Source: Haplodiscus bocki (Eukaryota). From it: DNA of 64,000 bases. The stretch is from the NCBI GenBank assembly GCA_965655095.1, contig OZ296649.1:112468001-112532000 (forward strand). The letters are read 5' to 3'. Positions 1 to 14,759 of this stretch are shown piece by piece. Below the pieces are notes generated by a model. That model was given only the letters and a program-made list of their open reading frames with translations, was not told the origin of the DNA and did not search any database. The position numbers were made by a program, and so were the translations under genes. The stretch's first letter is position 1. Every line of letters starts with the position of its first letter.

Positions 1-200
1 AACGCCCGGAGATTCAAGATGATGTTTATTTTGCGAAAAAACAGTGCCTTTTTAACAAAACCAACGGTGAGTTTTTAATGGGAGGAGTGTTCTTGATGTG
101 CATTTAGAAAATTTCAGTGATTGGTGATTTGCAGAGATGGTCTATAGGATACGAAAACAATTTTGTACATCACTTTGGCGAAAAAGTATAGAGAAAGAAT

Positions 201-278
<78 letters not shown>
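201..278. repeat. (GAAA)n followed by (GA)n microsatellite
   Basis: Directly visible; it explains the RE-repeat ORF 163..354. Confidence 0.95.
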
Positions 279-281
<3 letters not shown>

Positions 282-3037
282 GGAGCTACTTTTTCAGTCT
301 ACTTTGCAGGAAGCACCAGTGGGTGACATTCTCACCAAAATATTTCAAAAGTGAAACCGATTCCAGAATGGGAGTCAAAATTGCAGCTTCTTCATATCGT
401 TACCATAGAAGGATTTTTTGAAACCAAGAAAAGTGTTATCTCGACTTCTCGATGAACAAACCCATCTTACAATATTTTTGTTACATTTTGTCTTATGAAA
501 TTCTGCAGCCCAACCTGAGTAAGTTAACGTTTAAAAAATTGGTTGATACTTTCAGGTCCAAAAAATATTGAAGGGGGCTTTTTATCTGAGCAACCTTATC
601 AGAAGGTGCAAATTTTGAACGACTAGTTGAATGATTGCAACACAGGTGCGAAAATAAAATCCTATAGCCAGCGAAACAAGTTCTGCCAATTTTTTGACAT
701 TTCGGATCAACACTAACCATTTTGGAGCCGGGAAAAAGCTGACAAAAACTATAAGTGTTTTCCGTAATTACCGATACTAAAAAACAGCTCAGTAAAAAAA
801 ACGTGAAAATTTCAACATTTTTCCAAAAAAACGTTTTCTTTATTGCAGAAAGCCGTAAAAATTTCCCCGGAAAATTAATTTGTGTTAAGTGCGAGGGTTT
901 TTCTGAGAACCATATGGAGCATACACATAACAGGTTAAAAGAAGGCTCTTCTTTGTCTCAGGGAGTAAATTAATTTTTAGAAAAACTGAGGATCAAAAAC
1001 AAACAGCAGCAGCACTTGCGCTGGATCTCATTTGATGAAATTGTAGCTGAAAGGCTATTTTGGGCTGGCGAAAAAAGTCATGGCTGTGAAAATCAATTAG
1101 TTCAAAGTCAAGCTGAGATTTGAGCTCAAAAATGACTTTTTCAGGATTTCTGAGAGAAAACCTCAGACACCAACAAGTTCCATTTAATTTAGCTAGTTCG
1201 GCAGTCACTAGATGACTTAGAAGGCAAATGGGCAAACCTACTCCAAACTCAGAAAAATAGCTTCTTTTACTACTCAAAAAACACCAGAGAGTTTACTTTT
1301 TGAATCGATTTTTAATATTTTTTGCTTGAACGAAAGATTTATAATATCGTTTTTCCTTTCACTGCTCTTGCGGCCCAAAAAAAAATTCAGGGGCAAACGA
1401 ACGGAAATCGAAAATCAAATTGTTCTTGGTTTACAGAAACACATCGAAAAATTTTAAAGAAAAACAACTTTGGAACAACTAGCTGTATTTAGCTAATTTT
1501 TTTTTGTGTGTTATCAATTCCCACAGGTGACAACATTGTTGATAAGGATTTTGATCTTGTAATAAAAAGTTATTAGTCAATCTGAATTATTCGACTGCAT
1601 CAGAAAAATAATTAAAGCTTTATAGACACCGAATATAGCTCCAAAATATATACTGTCTTTTTACTCTTTCTGCAGTTCATGTTGCAATACTGTATTATTG
1701 CCTCAAAAAAATGATACTGGAACCAGAAACTATTAATAATGTGACCAATTTCAAATTACTGGAAGCTGCTTTTTAGACGGACGCTTTCAATTTTGGAACA
1801 AATCCTCAAAATTACTAGTTTCGTAATGATTTAGACTCCACTAGTAAACCACGGAATCAATCGTGAGCCGGAAACGCGGAAGTTGCGAAAAATACAGCGA
1901 AAACGATTTGATTTTGCACACCGAGTTATTGTTCACAAAAGATAATAAAACTTGTGCATAATTTCTTGTTAGTTTTCTCTCGGTCTTTTTCTGGCCACAA
2001 AAGAATCTTGGTATGGAGATTGGTGAAAAAATTGAAAATATTCCAAACATTCTTTTTTTAGCTTGAAATCTTAACGAAAATAGTCAATGTATTCAGAAAA
2101 AATCATATTGTAGGAAACTTGCAATTAACTTCATCAACGGGAGGAACATCTCTTCCAATGGAGGTAATGTATCATAATTTAAGGAAAAAAGGTCCAAATT
2201 AAGAAAAAGGGAAGTTTTGACAGCTAAAAATTTTTTTGATCGACCTGGGGTCGCAACACATACGGTCGTTATAACAAAGTTATCATGGCCGTCGTCTCTT
2301 ACCAGCAGGCCTAGTTATGATGATTTGACTTTTGTTCAAGAAATGTGTCTGTCTGTATTTTATTTTCCTTGTCTGAACCCGAAAACACTACCTTTTTCCA
2401 CAGGTTGAAAATTAAAAGAAAAGTTGAACCAAGACAAGTTCAACCTTCTGCACTTCTGCGAGGAAACTTCAATTCAGTTCACAAAATGATAGCATGTATA
2501 CAACAAACAGATCACGGTTTTTTAGGCAAAATTTGTGTTTTTTTTCTGTTTCAAGACCTAAATTCATCCAAAAAACTGTGGTATTAGATTTTTGTAAGTA
2601 CATCAAGTCAATTGAGATTCTATCTAAAAACGCGGTGACATTTATTTGGATTCTCTCCGGAGTTTACCTTCTAAACTGACATTGTGAAAACGGTTTCATA
2701 ACCTCGGGGTGTTCTTTTTCTGAGATAAAGGCTACATTATCGGCGCTTCATGGCAAAAAACCGTCGATCTGCAACTTTCTCCAAAAAAGTGCTACGTTAC
2801 GGGTGCATAAGCGAGTCTTAGAGTGGTAGCGGCGTTATTTGCAAAAATACGGGCAACCTTGGAAAAATAGCGGCGCTTTAATGAAAAAGTTCGACCCGGG
2901 TTTTAACGGGTTCTGAATAAATTCGAGCTCACTTGAGGTTAAAAAGGTTTAACTAATAGCAATAGCAAGGAAAAAGCTGGCACCAACAATAAACAGGTAA
3001 ATGGCAGGCCATGAGATGAATTTGCTTATTTTAGGTA

Positions 3038-4189
3038 CTCCAGTCGAGAACATATTGCTCACATTGACAATTAATTAATCTTGTGTTCATCAACAACAAT
3101 GATATACCACATATCGAACCAAATATACTCAAATATTGTAAACTTTGGTGACACTTTGAAGTCACATCATCAAAGTTTTTTCAAAATCAAAAATAATGAT
3201 GTGCTGTCTAGGAAATGTCAATTTTTTTTCAATGAAACATCAATAAATCATCAATGACAGACAGATACATTTCCCATGGGACTACAACGACTCGTCGATT
3301 GGAAAGCATCGATTCCTTGGCGGTCAGCATTGACTCGATGATCAAAATTCTATGCGCATCATGAATCCAACTTTTATTCATAGCGTACTAAGCTTCATTT
3401 CAGGCCAAACTGGCAAGTCTGCTGTCCAGAGCTTTTCTGGAAATCAAAACCTGGGTCAATTGAGAATTGATGTGCATTTTGTTTTATGCATGGATTCAAA
3501 AACAAAGAATAGTGATGTTTCGATATCAAAAAACCAGAAGAAAAAAAATTCACGGTAGAATATTTCTGCTTCATATTGGCTGGTGTATAGATTATTCGTT
3601 GCTCTGATTATGTTTGCAATGTATGTAGTCTTGAAATTATTTTTGATGTAGTAAAGTTGTTTCTACTGTTACCAGTTTTATTTTCTGAGAAAAACTGAAA
3701 GGGTTGTTTTTTTTCCAATTTCTGACCAAGAAGCGTTGTTATGTGTCCTTGAGGCTTCTATTAGAGCCGTGGTTGCTGAATTGATCGGAAAGTGAAGATC
3801 TCTAAAAAAACGATCGAACCAAATTTTCAGATGTATTCAAGACAATTTTTCCGAATTTCTCGACTCCGTTTTTTCTACAAACTTCAAGATATGATTCCTT
3901 TTACTGGGGCCTATTTTTGCACGTTTTCGTTGGTAGCGCTGCCATTGTGGAAAATCATCGACGAATCATTCAAGAAACATCGATGTTTTGGGACATTAGG
4001 CATTTTTGATTATTGATAATCTTCAATGATTCCGTCGGAATCGTCAACTTCGATTTTATACCGATGTTTCTTCAACACTTCATCAACTGATAATCAATGA
4101 AACACCGGTGAAACGTTGACGTTTCACCTCGATCAATGTTGCATTGTTGTCGTTTTAATCATCAGAAAAAGACAGGTTCTCAACTGGGG
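3038..4189. mobile_element. Non-autonomous DNA transposon, CACTA/EnSpm-like (CCCAG-type ends)
   Basis: Left end CTCCAGTCGAGAAC (3038-3051) matches the reverse complement of right end GTTCTCAACTGGGG (4176-4189) at 12/14. Flanks are TA/CA, ATCGAT/CATCAA-type subterminal repeats are present, and there is no coding capacity. Confidence 0.5.
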
Positions 4190-4949
4190 CAGCTGTTTTT
4201 CGGTAGGTAGCGGGAGGATTTTCCATCAACAATAACAACAAGACCACTACAACGGTATCTACAGAGGGCCCGTTAACATCAAAACTAATCTTTGGGGCAG
4301 CTCCGTGTTGACGCCGAAACGGCCGCCTCTGAAAACACTCTGCCGGAACGAAGCCAAATTAGTTTATCCCCATGCTTAAGATCATAAGCTGTCCTACTTA
4401 ACGTTGTTTTTGATTATATGTCGCTCACATTAATTACAAATTTGATGATCCGAAACTGGGTGATTCGAACTGCCTGACGTATATGCATCAGTCTGTTCAC
4501 TAGCAAGACAAGTAGTGGAAATGGGGATAGAAATAATTAATGCAGAATATAATTTTGAAATACATTGACCTAAAATACGACGTCCAATAAGCTAAAGTTC
4601 TATCAAAGTAAACATAAACTTAGCGATTTTCGATAATGCTGTGTATTGTTGGGTATATAGACCTACAATAAAAAATGGCTGATTGGGTGAAATTGAAAAA
4701 GTAATGAAATTGAACGGGAAAAACTATTTTGGCTCAGGAGAGTACTCGTCAGGAGAGTATTTTTAGAGGCAACGGATCCTCGAGACTCCATAGTAAGATT
4801 TACAGTCTCTCTCTTTCACAAAGGCATTTATGGAGTTATGCCTATTGCTTGAACGCAGAATAAATTTTTAGCGCCTTTCTTCAAAAGGACTAGATGGTCA
4901 AGGACTGATATTTGCTTGAAACTTTGCATACCTGAGCTGCAGTAGACAG

Positions 4950-5800
4950 AGAATTCTCGTAAACAGTGTTTTTCTTTTCTGGTTTTGTCGGAACAAGTGG
5001 GATACTTAAGTGGATTTAGTTAAGACTTTTGTCTTCCTAGTTTACATTGATGATAATTCAAATTGTGATTCACTGATACAGATCTTGTTCGCAGATGATG
5101 CAAGGGTTTTCAGTTTGAAAGTCAGATCTTCTGAATGCCAGAAAAACCTTGACGAGCTGTACGAACAGAGTGTCAAAAAAGGCTGAATTTCAACTTTAGC
5201 AAATTTTCCCATTTACTTTTTGAAAAGGAAGACCAACCCGACATTTTGAATTAAAATAATATGAAAGGAGAAAATATGATGAGGATTGGGTTTTTTTATG
5301 GATAGTAGATTAAAGTGGAGATCCCTTGCAAAAGAGAAAGCCTTTCCTGATCACAAGAAATATATCCAACGTATCATTTAACTCGAAAATAGTTATGTGC
5401 AAGAGTATGATTGTACCAGTTTTAGTACATGCCAGTTCCTGCTTCACCCTGTCTAATACTGTTTATACCAGACTGGATGTTACTCAGAAGAGAATCATTG
5501 ATAGGATTACATGTTTGAAGTTGGAGTATGCATCGGCTAAATCAAATCGTGGCATTTTACCTCTCACCATGAACATCCAAAAAAACCTAGACTTTTGTTA
5601 TTAAAAAATGTCAAGGAGGCTGCGAACACCTCACATTTCCAGAAAAAACATTGGCGGCATGGGCTTTTCTCCACAGATCAGACTGACTGATCGACCTTTT
5701 CAAAAGTGATATCAAGTACAACAAGCGAGCCATCAAATCTAAGCTGCCGAGGATACCCTGGCAAAAAGTCAGCTCATTTATTGAAAAAGTAGCAATCACA
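4950..5800 (+). pseudogene. Degenerate 3' part of a CR1/L2-group LINE ORF2 (RT C-terminus)
   Basis: TTC GCA GAT GAT (FADD) at 5088-5099. ORF 5326..5604 (CKSMIVPVLVHASSCF...LDVTQKRI...ILPL) matches the CR1/L2 post-RT motifs. Many stops and frameshifts; boundaries approximate. Confidence 0.7.
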
Positions 5801-8800
5801 TTAAGAGGCCTATGTGACTGTACTTGAAGTATTTGTCGAGACGAGGGGAAACATCTTGTAAAATCAGTCCCTGTGCAATGGTAGTTGCAAGCAGTCGCAG
5901 AAGCCCCACTACTAGTACTACTACAAATACCATTCTACCGCAAAGCTACTCATCGGCGTCCCAATTTTGCAGTTTTTGATTGGGCACGCACTGGATGGCT
6001 GCAATCCAACCGCTTGTCTTTGAGAGACGTGATTTTGAAAAATGAGCCGAGAGGGAGATTTTTGTTTTTCAAAAGAAGTCAGAATAAATTGGGGTAAAAG
6101 TTCATAACAACACATCACTTCTACCGAGAACTTCTCCGTAAGTCAGATCATTAAACCAACACGGGATGTTTGCAATCGAACCAGCAGTTGTCGGAGGAAG
6201 GAAAAGTATAAAGAATGAAAATCAGAAGCGAACATAAAATTGTATCCTTGAAAAAAAAACAAGATCATCCCTGTTTCACTTTATGTTTCGCTTACTAATG
6301 AGTACTGCATGACCGCAATCCAACAAGGAATTGTCGAGAGAATCAACATGAAAAAAAAAACGCAATTTCAAGACGTTTGAAATGTAACTGCAAAATAAGA
6401 TACTTAACGGTAAGTGTACGAAGCAGGTAATAACTGCTTTTTCGCAGTTTTTATCTTGGGTTGTTTCCAATGTGCACTAGATGGCTGCAACTGGAGGAAG
6501 AAATGTTAGCGAAAAGGAAGATTTAACATTAAAGCATCCTCGGCAAGTCGACAGTAGAAATTTTATGCCACTATACAGCTTAATGATTCGTTTAATTTTT
6601 TCCATCAGTTTGCTCGGAAATGAACATGCAAGCAAACTCAGTTGCGTGAAACAGTTGCACAGCTGAACAGCCGACGTGAGCTTCCAAATTTCACCGCCGA
6701 TCTTGCTCGTCAACCTGCTGCTTTTCAAAAACCTTAAGCGTTTAGAAGTTTTGAGATCAGTTCCAAAAACTGTACTTTTGGATCGGTCGACAATGCATTT
6801 GTAAGCAAAAACTACTATGATAAAACTTAGAGAACTAAGAAGTCTGGGAAAATGCAAAATGTTCAAAGTTTCTTGGATTGGAAACACCAGTAAAAAACGG
6901 TTTAATGCAAAAAGTTTGCCGGCGTTGTTGAGCTTCAACTTTCAGATTAAACGTTTCTCTCAGTTACCCTTCTGCATCGTTTGATTATAAATTGCTAACC
7001 ATAAAAGTGATTTAAACTACGAAAAAGCAAAAACCTAGAAAAAAGCAACAAGAAACTTGCTTTTCTCTTTCTGGTCGACAATTTTTTTCCGGAAACAATG
7101 ATAGTATTTCCTTGGCAAAGAATTTTCAAAGGTTGAAAGACTTGTGATGGTTTGTGCAAAAAATGTAGCAAATAAGTTGACTTGGATATCGGAGTGGAAA
7201 AGACAAAATTCACCGACAAAGGAAAAATTGCAAATTTCAGTATTTTTTAAAAAATAAAACTTAACGACCGTTTATTAATTATGTTTGGAAAACTCGAGGC
7301 AGATGCGTGTGCATTGTTTCTGCTAAAATTCGGTAGCTAAAACATTTATTTAAGAAGGAAATTAGCAAAGTTAGCTAGAAAAATGAAAAATTAGCATTTT
7401 TACCTGAACGTAAAAAAATAGTTTTGCGAAAAAACTGCCTTCAAGTATGGATTTTGTCTTGAAACATTTCTTGCATACAGAGCTAGTGCACGCTAGGAAA
7501 CAGCAAGGAAAAAAGTTCTGGGGGAACAAAAACAGCTCCTGTATGAAAAACGAACGAGATCCCAAACTGCAAACAGTCGAAGTTCGAAAAAACTATGCCT
7601 GATTCAGTGATACAAACTTGCGCAAGTATTACGCATAGCAAAAGGCAGCTTTGGAAAGGTAGTTTTGTGTTATGATGCAGGTTTGCACTTTTTTCCGCGA
7701 TTACTGTTCAAGCAGATGACATTCGTGAAGATGACCTTACCACTTTCAAAAACTTGGAGTTCAAATTTTTCAAATGGAATTACCTGGCCAACCTTAGCCA
7801 ATAGCGAGTTTTTGCATATAGTACGGAATGTTGCTCTGCAATCAATAGTGTTAAAGAAAATTACTTCATAAAACATCAATGTACTGAATTAATATTTTTA
7901 TCGAAGTTTAAATTGAAGTTTGTTCGGCTAACGTATAAAATTGGAAACTGTGGTTTTCAATGGATTATCTGAGCTACCAGTAGCTGAATTGAAAGTGGAT
8001 CAATGCAACCGGATCAACAGCTATTGAAAAGTGGCGCCAGGATAAAAGATTAGGCATATTATTGACTATGCCTTTCATCGGGCCAATTTAATAATTTTCC
8101 ACCTATTTTTTCACGTAAAAAGAGCGCAAAAGCATGTAAGACTTCAAAAAGATCAGTCATTTCCGACCTCTACTGTGAGTAAAGCAACGCTATATTACAA
8201 AGGAAGCAAATAAATTTTATTAACTAGGTAATGCTAGTTGTCTACGGCCAGACATTAAAACGTGAATCCTAATAAGCTGGCGTTGTTAGCATAATTACTT
8301 TTTCAGTTTTGTCCGAAAGATACATAGCATATAGATCACATGTTTTGTTTTTGGATTATCAATTCCTTCATTTTCGAAGGAACGTACTTGCATTGGGACC
8401 CTTACTTAGAATTTCCGATATGCCAAATCATGTGCACGTTGAAGTCAATTTGAACTTTGTGTAGAATGCAGAATTAAACGCTCTCAGTTGAATTTTCCCC
8501 AACACTTGGAAACATCGTCATCGGGCAAAAAACTCCAATCATCTTAAACTGCGGAGATTGCAAAAGGTGTTGCTCATCCAAGTGCTTGAGTTAAAATGAG
8601 TCACGACTATTGAGCGATAGTCACTTGTTTCGCCAAAAAACAAACTTACGCAGACAAAACTAAGTCAAGGTTGTTGGAACAGTTACCCAGGCCAAGCGAG
8701 ATCTGAAAATTGTGTAAATAAGAAAAGTGAACTTCAAGAAACACATGATTGACACGGGTATCACGGTCACTCCGCCACATCCCAAGTTTCTTTCCAGATG

Positions 8801-8899
8801 CTCTCTTTTCCAAAGCAAAAAACTGTCAGTTTTCGCTACAACCTGTTTTTTGTTTTCAGATGCCCAAAAATTTGACTGTCTCGTCAATTGGCTAAGTAG

Positions 8900-11450
8900 A
8901 GCACCATCTTTTTATAAGCCCAATCAATAGGTACATTACCATAACTTGGAACCGAAAATGTAGTATCCGCCAAACCAATCACTTACTGAAAACGTACATA
9001 GATTGAATAGAATCGAACATAATTCTCAGTTCCTCCTTCAATCGATTGCTACGGAGCTCAACATTGGAAGTTCTGCACGATAACATCCCAAAAATCAATG
9101 ACTTTTCATACAGATTTGTTTAGTTGAAACAACCGTCTGCAAAGGTCGCAGACGAGTCCAATGAACAAATCATTTCCTGTTTTACTGCGTTCTTTCCAAA
9201 CAAGTGAGGCAACACCACAGTGATAACATGAACACATTCACTCTAAGCCGATTCTCACTTCCCACTTCTCTAGGGGCCATTGATGTAAGATGTTGCCTTT
9301 GTAGATGAAATTACACATGTACACTACAAAAATCAAAATAACAGAGAAGTAAACGATGCTGCAACTAAAAGGCCTCTTTGAGGGTATATCAAAGTCACCG
9401 TGGATCGGTCACTGCCAATTGTTACTGGCTTTCAAGGTCGGTATTATCAATCAGTCTTATAACTGATTCAATATGTGGCCTCTTACAATCAAGGTCGGGT
9501 AAATGGAGACTCAAACTTTTTAGTTAAGCCATTCTCTGTGTCATGAAGGTCTTCATTTCCAATTCATAAACTCTCGAGCTAGCTCTCTTCGTAAGACTCA
9601 CGAAAAATTGAAAATTGAGAAGAACGCTTTGTTTAGCTCGTATTTCGAAACTCGCATAGGCTAGATTTTTGATCAATTTTATATGGTTATGGTCAAGAGC
9701 GAGGCCGAGTTTTGCATTGTCCGTTGTACTGCCAACAACAGGAGTATACTACAAAATCAAGCATTTCGACAAATTTTTGCAAACATCAAGGTTTGGAGTG
9801 TCGGTAAAATGGCAGGCACCGTGCACCACTTTAAGGAATTGTGTCAACAATTGGTATGATATACATCATCAAGGGAACAAGATTGCAAAGGCTTGAATTG
9901 AAATTGAGTTCCGACACCCCGGACGTAAAATAATTGGGTCCAGAAGTCATACTTCAGTTCCTATGGGGTGGTGATGTTCCATGGGCCTGGTAAAAGGTTG
10001 ACTCGGGTTGAAAATTCCGATAAAATTTCGACATCCTTCTTCGATGAAGAGTCGTTGGGCTAATGTGTCTGATTGCAGAGACATCATCAAAGCTTCTCAA
10101 ACTTTTTGAACAACAGTAGAAACAGAAACAACAGTTTTCGTGTAGTCGAAAAAGTGATCGAGGTGATAGTTACTGCCATAGAGTGGAGCGACTCGTTTCC
10201 ACGCAAAGTTTCATATAGTGAGGCTCTGCTAGCTTGTTGGGTAAAGTAAATTCAAAAATTGGGCTTCATAGCTCCTGTAGGAAGACGGCCTACAATCGAT
10301 TACTTCATGAGAAGCTTGCACTTAAACCGAACCATGCAGTCGTATGTCTGACCTTTCGGTTCGGACATTTCGTATTTTTCCCAATTACATGATCCTGAGA
10401 GATTCAATATTTCACATAATATTACCGCCGTATATTATGTTGCACCAGCCAATTGAATTGGAAAGGATTCTAAGAATGCTAAAAAGGCCTTAAAAATTCA
10501 AGCAACTTCCCGGCAGCAATGATTTGTAGAGTAAACTTTTGGTCGATATGCTGCCCCCAGTTATTTGCAACAAATGGTTAACCTCGCTACAAAATTCACC
10601 AATCTGATCATGTCCGGCCAAAACCTGGAAGTAAGTCCCAATGTGCAAAGAGGGGCAGTTTTTAGCATGAAAACATCCAAAATGAACAAAACGTTGTACC
10701 ATGTGCAACTTCTGACATCTAACATGTCTTCTGACACTGAAGCATTGTAGAGCCTTAATGATTCACCCGAATATGTTTCTGTTGACATAATCTGCACAAA
10801 TATTGTCAATAACGATCATTTTGATAGGAAATTTGGTTGGTGCGTACATGTAAGTTGAGTGAGATCAGTTCAGAAACTTTATGAATCAATTGCAGACCAA
10901 TTGAGCAAATTTTGTGGATAGCAATTGGAACATAGTGGATTTGGCAGAAGCCAATGATGACAACTTACTGACACCTGCCGATGTCTCAGTCTCAGCCTTT
11001 CCTGTTTAGAGCTCAACCTTCAGGTGACTTGGGGCCGCCATCCTAGACAGATGTTACAGCAATTGAAATTAAAATTGTAGCGGCAGCTCCTATGAGATTA
11101 GCGAAGTCTTACCTGCAAGTTTTCTCCGACAATTATAGCGGCCTCCGTCTTGCGTTGACGACAAATGTGGTTATCAGTTTTGTTTCATAGTTGTTTGTCT
11201 TATGGAAAGAGCTAAAGTATTCATCAATTGTGTCTTCTCTGACCCATAAAGTTCAGCAAAAGGAGATGTATTCTTGCAATCCAATTGGATTTTGCCGGGT
11301 CCAGTACTAGGCAAACTGGAAAGTAAACATCGGTTTGAGGTAGTAAAAAGGAAATATGGTTCTGCTACGTTAGTTTCCCCCTGATCAGCCTTCCAATAAC
11401 GGCCTCAAAAACAATTCCCAGAAAATTTCATTTCATTTGTCTGGCCCCAA
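8900..11450 (-). pseudogene. Heavily decayed KDZ (Kyakuja-Dileera-Zisupton)-type transposase
   Basis: Manual minus-strand translation gives motifs in KDZ order: GRYWKA..YFLF (~11400), QDGGRYNCRRKLAG (~11140), VIIGFCQIHYVP (~10950), IVIDNIC (~10810), GCFHAKNC and AGHDQIGEFCSEVNHLL (ORF 10490..10708), RSNRLKEELRIM (~9040). Confidence 0.5.
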
Positions 11451-11788
11451 AAACTATACGGCCCCTAGTAAGACGAGATGCCTGTTTTCATGACAATTTT
11501 TTCCCTTACTTGTAATATCACATTATTTCAGGTTACTTTTACCTGATGTCAGCGGACAGGAACCAGTATTGAACCTGGTGTTATTGGACGCGGAGCTAAC
11601 TCAATTTTCACTTTTAGTACAACTAATTCCACTACAAGAAAACTTTATCAGACTGTGGCATTATTGAGATATCTAATCAACGACTTTTCGTTGATCGACT
11701 TCATTTAGTTTCAATTAGTTTTAACTAATAGACCAATTAGTGTTGACCAATAAACCATTTAGTGTTGACTTGATGTGTTCTTACCGGT

Positions 11789-12862
11789 GGCAGGACAAAA
11801 TACCCAAACCCAAAATATCCAAAGTCCCAAAATACCCAAGCCCAAAATAGCCAAGATTGAAATAACCATACTTATTAAATAATTAACAGCGTCTTGACGC
11901 TAAAAGTTTTAAGACGCCTCTAATAACTTAAGTTAATTGATGTGCCTAAATATTGGTGGTGTCAAAATAAAAGATGCGAGACGAAACCGCCAATTTTAGA
12001 GTTGCGCAAAACCGTGGATTTTGAACACGGGACACAACCGGCGATTTTCAAAATGAGACAAAAGCACCGATTTGTAATAATACAGGTCACCACTTTAGGT
12101 CTGTCACCAAAAGAAATATCAATGAAACTGAAATACCACTACACTAAACAATCTATTTTAATTTTTGCGGCATAGTTTTTTTTATTTTCTCTGGTACACG
12201 AAGAATATGGGACGGGTACTACCAATTTAGGTACATAGAAATAAAGGGTTTCATAGAAATATTTGGTGTTGGCATTTCCGCAAATTTGGTTGCCGCAGAA
12301 ATTGAAATAAATTGCATTTAGGTAGTGGTATCTCAGTTTCTATTAGTATAAGTTAATTCAAACCATTTTGAAGTTTACATTTTTCCAGAGTACCGAAAAT
12401 TTTGAAAAATTTTTGGAGGTAGCACAAATTTGTCTCACAGTATCGAAAATTTTGTGGCGATAATCAAAATTTTGTCCCACGGTGCCGAAAGTTTTATGGG
12501 GTGCCCCGTGCATACCTAATTTTTTGAATTTCGCGGTTGTTTTTCTGTTCAAGGTATTTTTCTGTGAATATTTTGACTTGTGGTATTTCATTTTGTCGCA
12601 CCGATATTTTGAACATGAATAAATTTTACAGTATTTAGAAGTAATTAGAGGCGTCTTGAAACTTTTCGTTAAATATTCAATTAGTATGGCTATTTCAATC
12701 TTGGTTATTTTGGGACTTTAGGTATTTTGGCCTCGGGTATTTTGGATATTGGGTATATTGGCCTTGGGTATTTTGTGACTTTGGGTATTTTGGGCTTGGG
12801 TACTTTGGGCTTGGGTACTTTGGGCTTGGGTATTTTGGGTTTGGGTATTTTGGGGTGGAACC
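11789..12862. mobile_element. Mutator-like foldback non-autonomous element with subterminal AAAATACCCAAGCCC-type tandem repeats
   Basis: GG...CC ends and inverted arms of about 150-200 bp. Flanks GTTCTTACCGGT (11777-11788) and GTTCTACCGGT (12863-12873) form an ~11-bp TSD. A second family member lies at 60853-62856. Confidence 0.8.
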
Positions 12863-14759
12863 GTTCTACCGGTTTCTTCACTGCTTTTACTACCAAATAT
12901 TCTGGGTAGTTTGGTAATCTTTGATCAGTAGAAAAACAAACATAATCTCAGCAGTTTTGTGAAACTTTTCTGCTGCTGATCAAAAGAACAGACACTCTGT
13001 ATAAAGGTACAACGATTGTTGCATTTTACTGGTCTGTTCTGAAGGGAACATATTCAATCAATGCTATTTTCAATTGAAGTTTTGAGTCCGATTTGTAAAC
13101 GTTTTTATGGAACTTCATTTAAGATTGAAAACTTTCACTTTTGTAGCCGCTGCTCCGAAGGCTGGATGAATGTGCAATTAATAGAAAAAGACATGCTAAT
13201 TGCACAAACATCGCGCCTAGTGGAATTTTCGAGCTCTTTGATAAGTATTTTTGGTACGTAAGAAAGAAAGAAAGTTTTATTTAGCGACGGTAGCTTAAAA
13301 AATACAATATTTTATCGAATTTATAAAGAATTCTTCTACTTCCACATGGAATGGCGATGGGTTTGAGACCCATTTTTATTCACCGTCCCACCAGAGCGCC
13401 ACTGATAACTGAACTAAGTGAGTGACGTCGATAAATTACCTGGAACTGTAAAAAAAACTGTGAAAAGGTTGACGATTTTTATGCTATTTTCGTTGAATGG
13501 AAAAATCCTGAAAATTGAAACGGATTATATTTTTTGGAGCTGCTGTTTGGTTAATGTATATTCACCAATAACCTAGCTCGCTGAAGAGTAGGTTGCCCGG
13601 TTCCTGTTATTATTGGTTGACAAGAAAAGTTGATCCGAATGATGTAAGATAATTGAAAAAAAGCCCAAACACTCGCTTCTCACACCCGGGTTCATATTTT
13701 CTTTAACTCACACCGGGAGCAGCAGTCCCCCCCATACGCATAGACTGAGCAGCCGTCTCAAAAATTGCCAGAAAAAATACACAAAACTTTCATATCATAC
13801 GAATATGCGTTCAATAACGCACTTACAGCCGGGTAATACTGCGTACACGCAAACAAGGAAAAAGCGACCTTCTCCAACATTTCTCCTGCAACGCTCCATC
13901 CTCCATTGAAAATCAGAACAACGAGGAAGCTACGGATTCCTGTTAACAGCTTCTTTTTTCTAAACAATCCGATGAATCATGCGCGGTGTCACCCCAGAAC
14001 ACAGACACATGCTGGCTGTAAGACTTTTGCCACCTCGTTGAAGCCTTACAAACTCTTTCCATCGGCCCAATTTTTCATATCATTTTGGTTTTGATGCCTC
14101 CAGTAACGAAACGCACAACACATGATCTAGATGTCATGGATGAAGAAGTCTGATAAGAAAGTCGAAGGGCCAATGAGGGACATAGAAGTTGTGGAGAAAA
14201 ACAAATGTAGGTAATCAGATGGGTTGGTGTCATATTGACTGTGTATGGGACTGTTCTGATCGATTATCAAAAATTGATAGAATTCATCAGAAAAAAGTTG
14301 AGCTCGAGACTCATTAAACTTGCAGTAGGAGAGCCTAAGAGGCTTGGTTAACGATTTTTGAAGCGTGAGTTTGTCACGCTCTCGTTGCTTTGAGATCTTC
14401 TTCGCCATAGTCTGCCAATTAAATCTTACAATCTTTTCCACTGGTAGAGTCAGACAGAACCCACCATGTAATACTCCTAAAGCTGATGCTTCAACAAATC
14501 AAAGCGTCCTGAAGATATTTGTGGTTTTTAGTTTGAAATCTCTAGTGGCAACGAAATTCACGTATGCGCTCTTTTTTGCGACCTTCGAATTTTACGACCC
14601 GTATGTCGTCAATCCTATCAAAGTAACTCCAGCATCGCTCTTCATACAATGTTGTTTGCTATACCCCAGTGTGACCCTGGCCACACTCTTCATGAAAGGT
14701 AGTTCGATCTAATTTTGGACTTGCTGGAGACTGAAAACCGTATAATTTACAGTCTAGTA

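Noticed and set aside
163-354. RE-repeat protein ORF (also the tail of 40829..41158)
   Set aside because: Translation of GA microsatellites.
280-2912. Possible exons or a piggyBac-like MITE end
   Set aside because: Splice-like sites give no open frame and no matching TIR pair was found; unassigned.
12705-12909. PKIPK / LGILG repeat proteins
   Set aside because: Translation of the MITE's 15-bp subterminal repeats.
13758-14700. Long minus-strand frame with few stops, considered as integrase or viral RdRp
   Set aside because: No ordered DDE or GDN motifs; neighbouring coding remnants are on the plus strand, so it may be an antisense shadow. Left unassigned.
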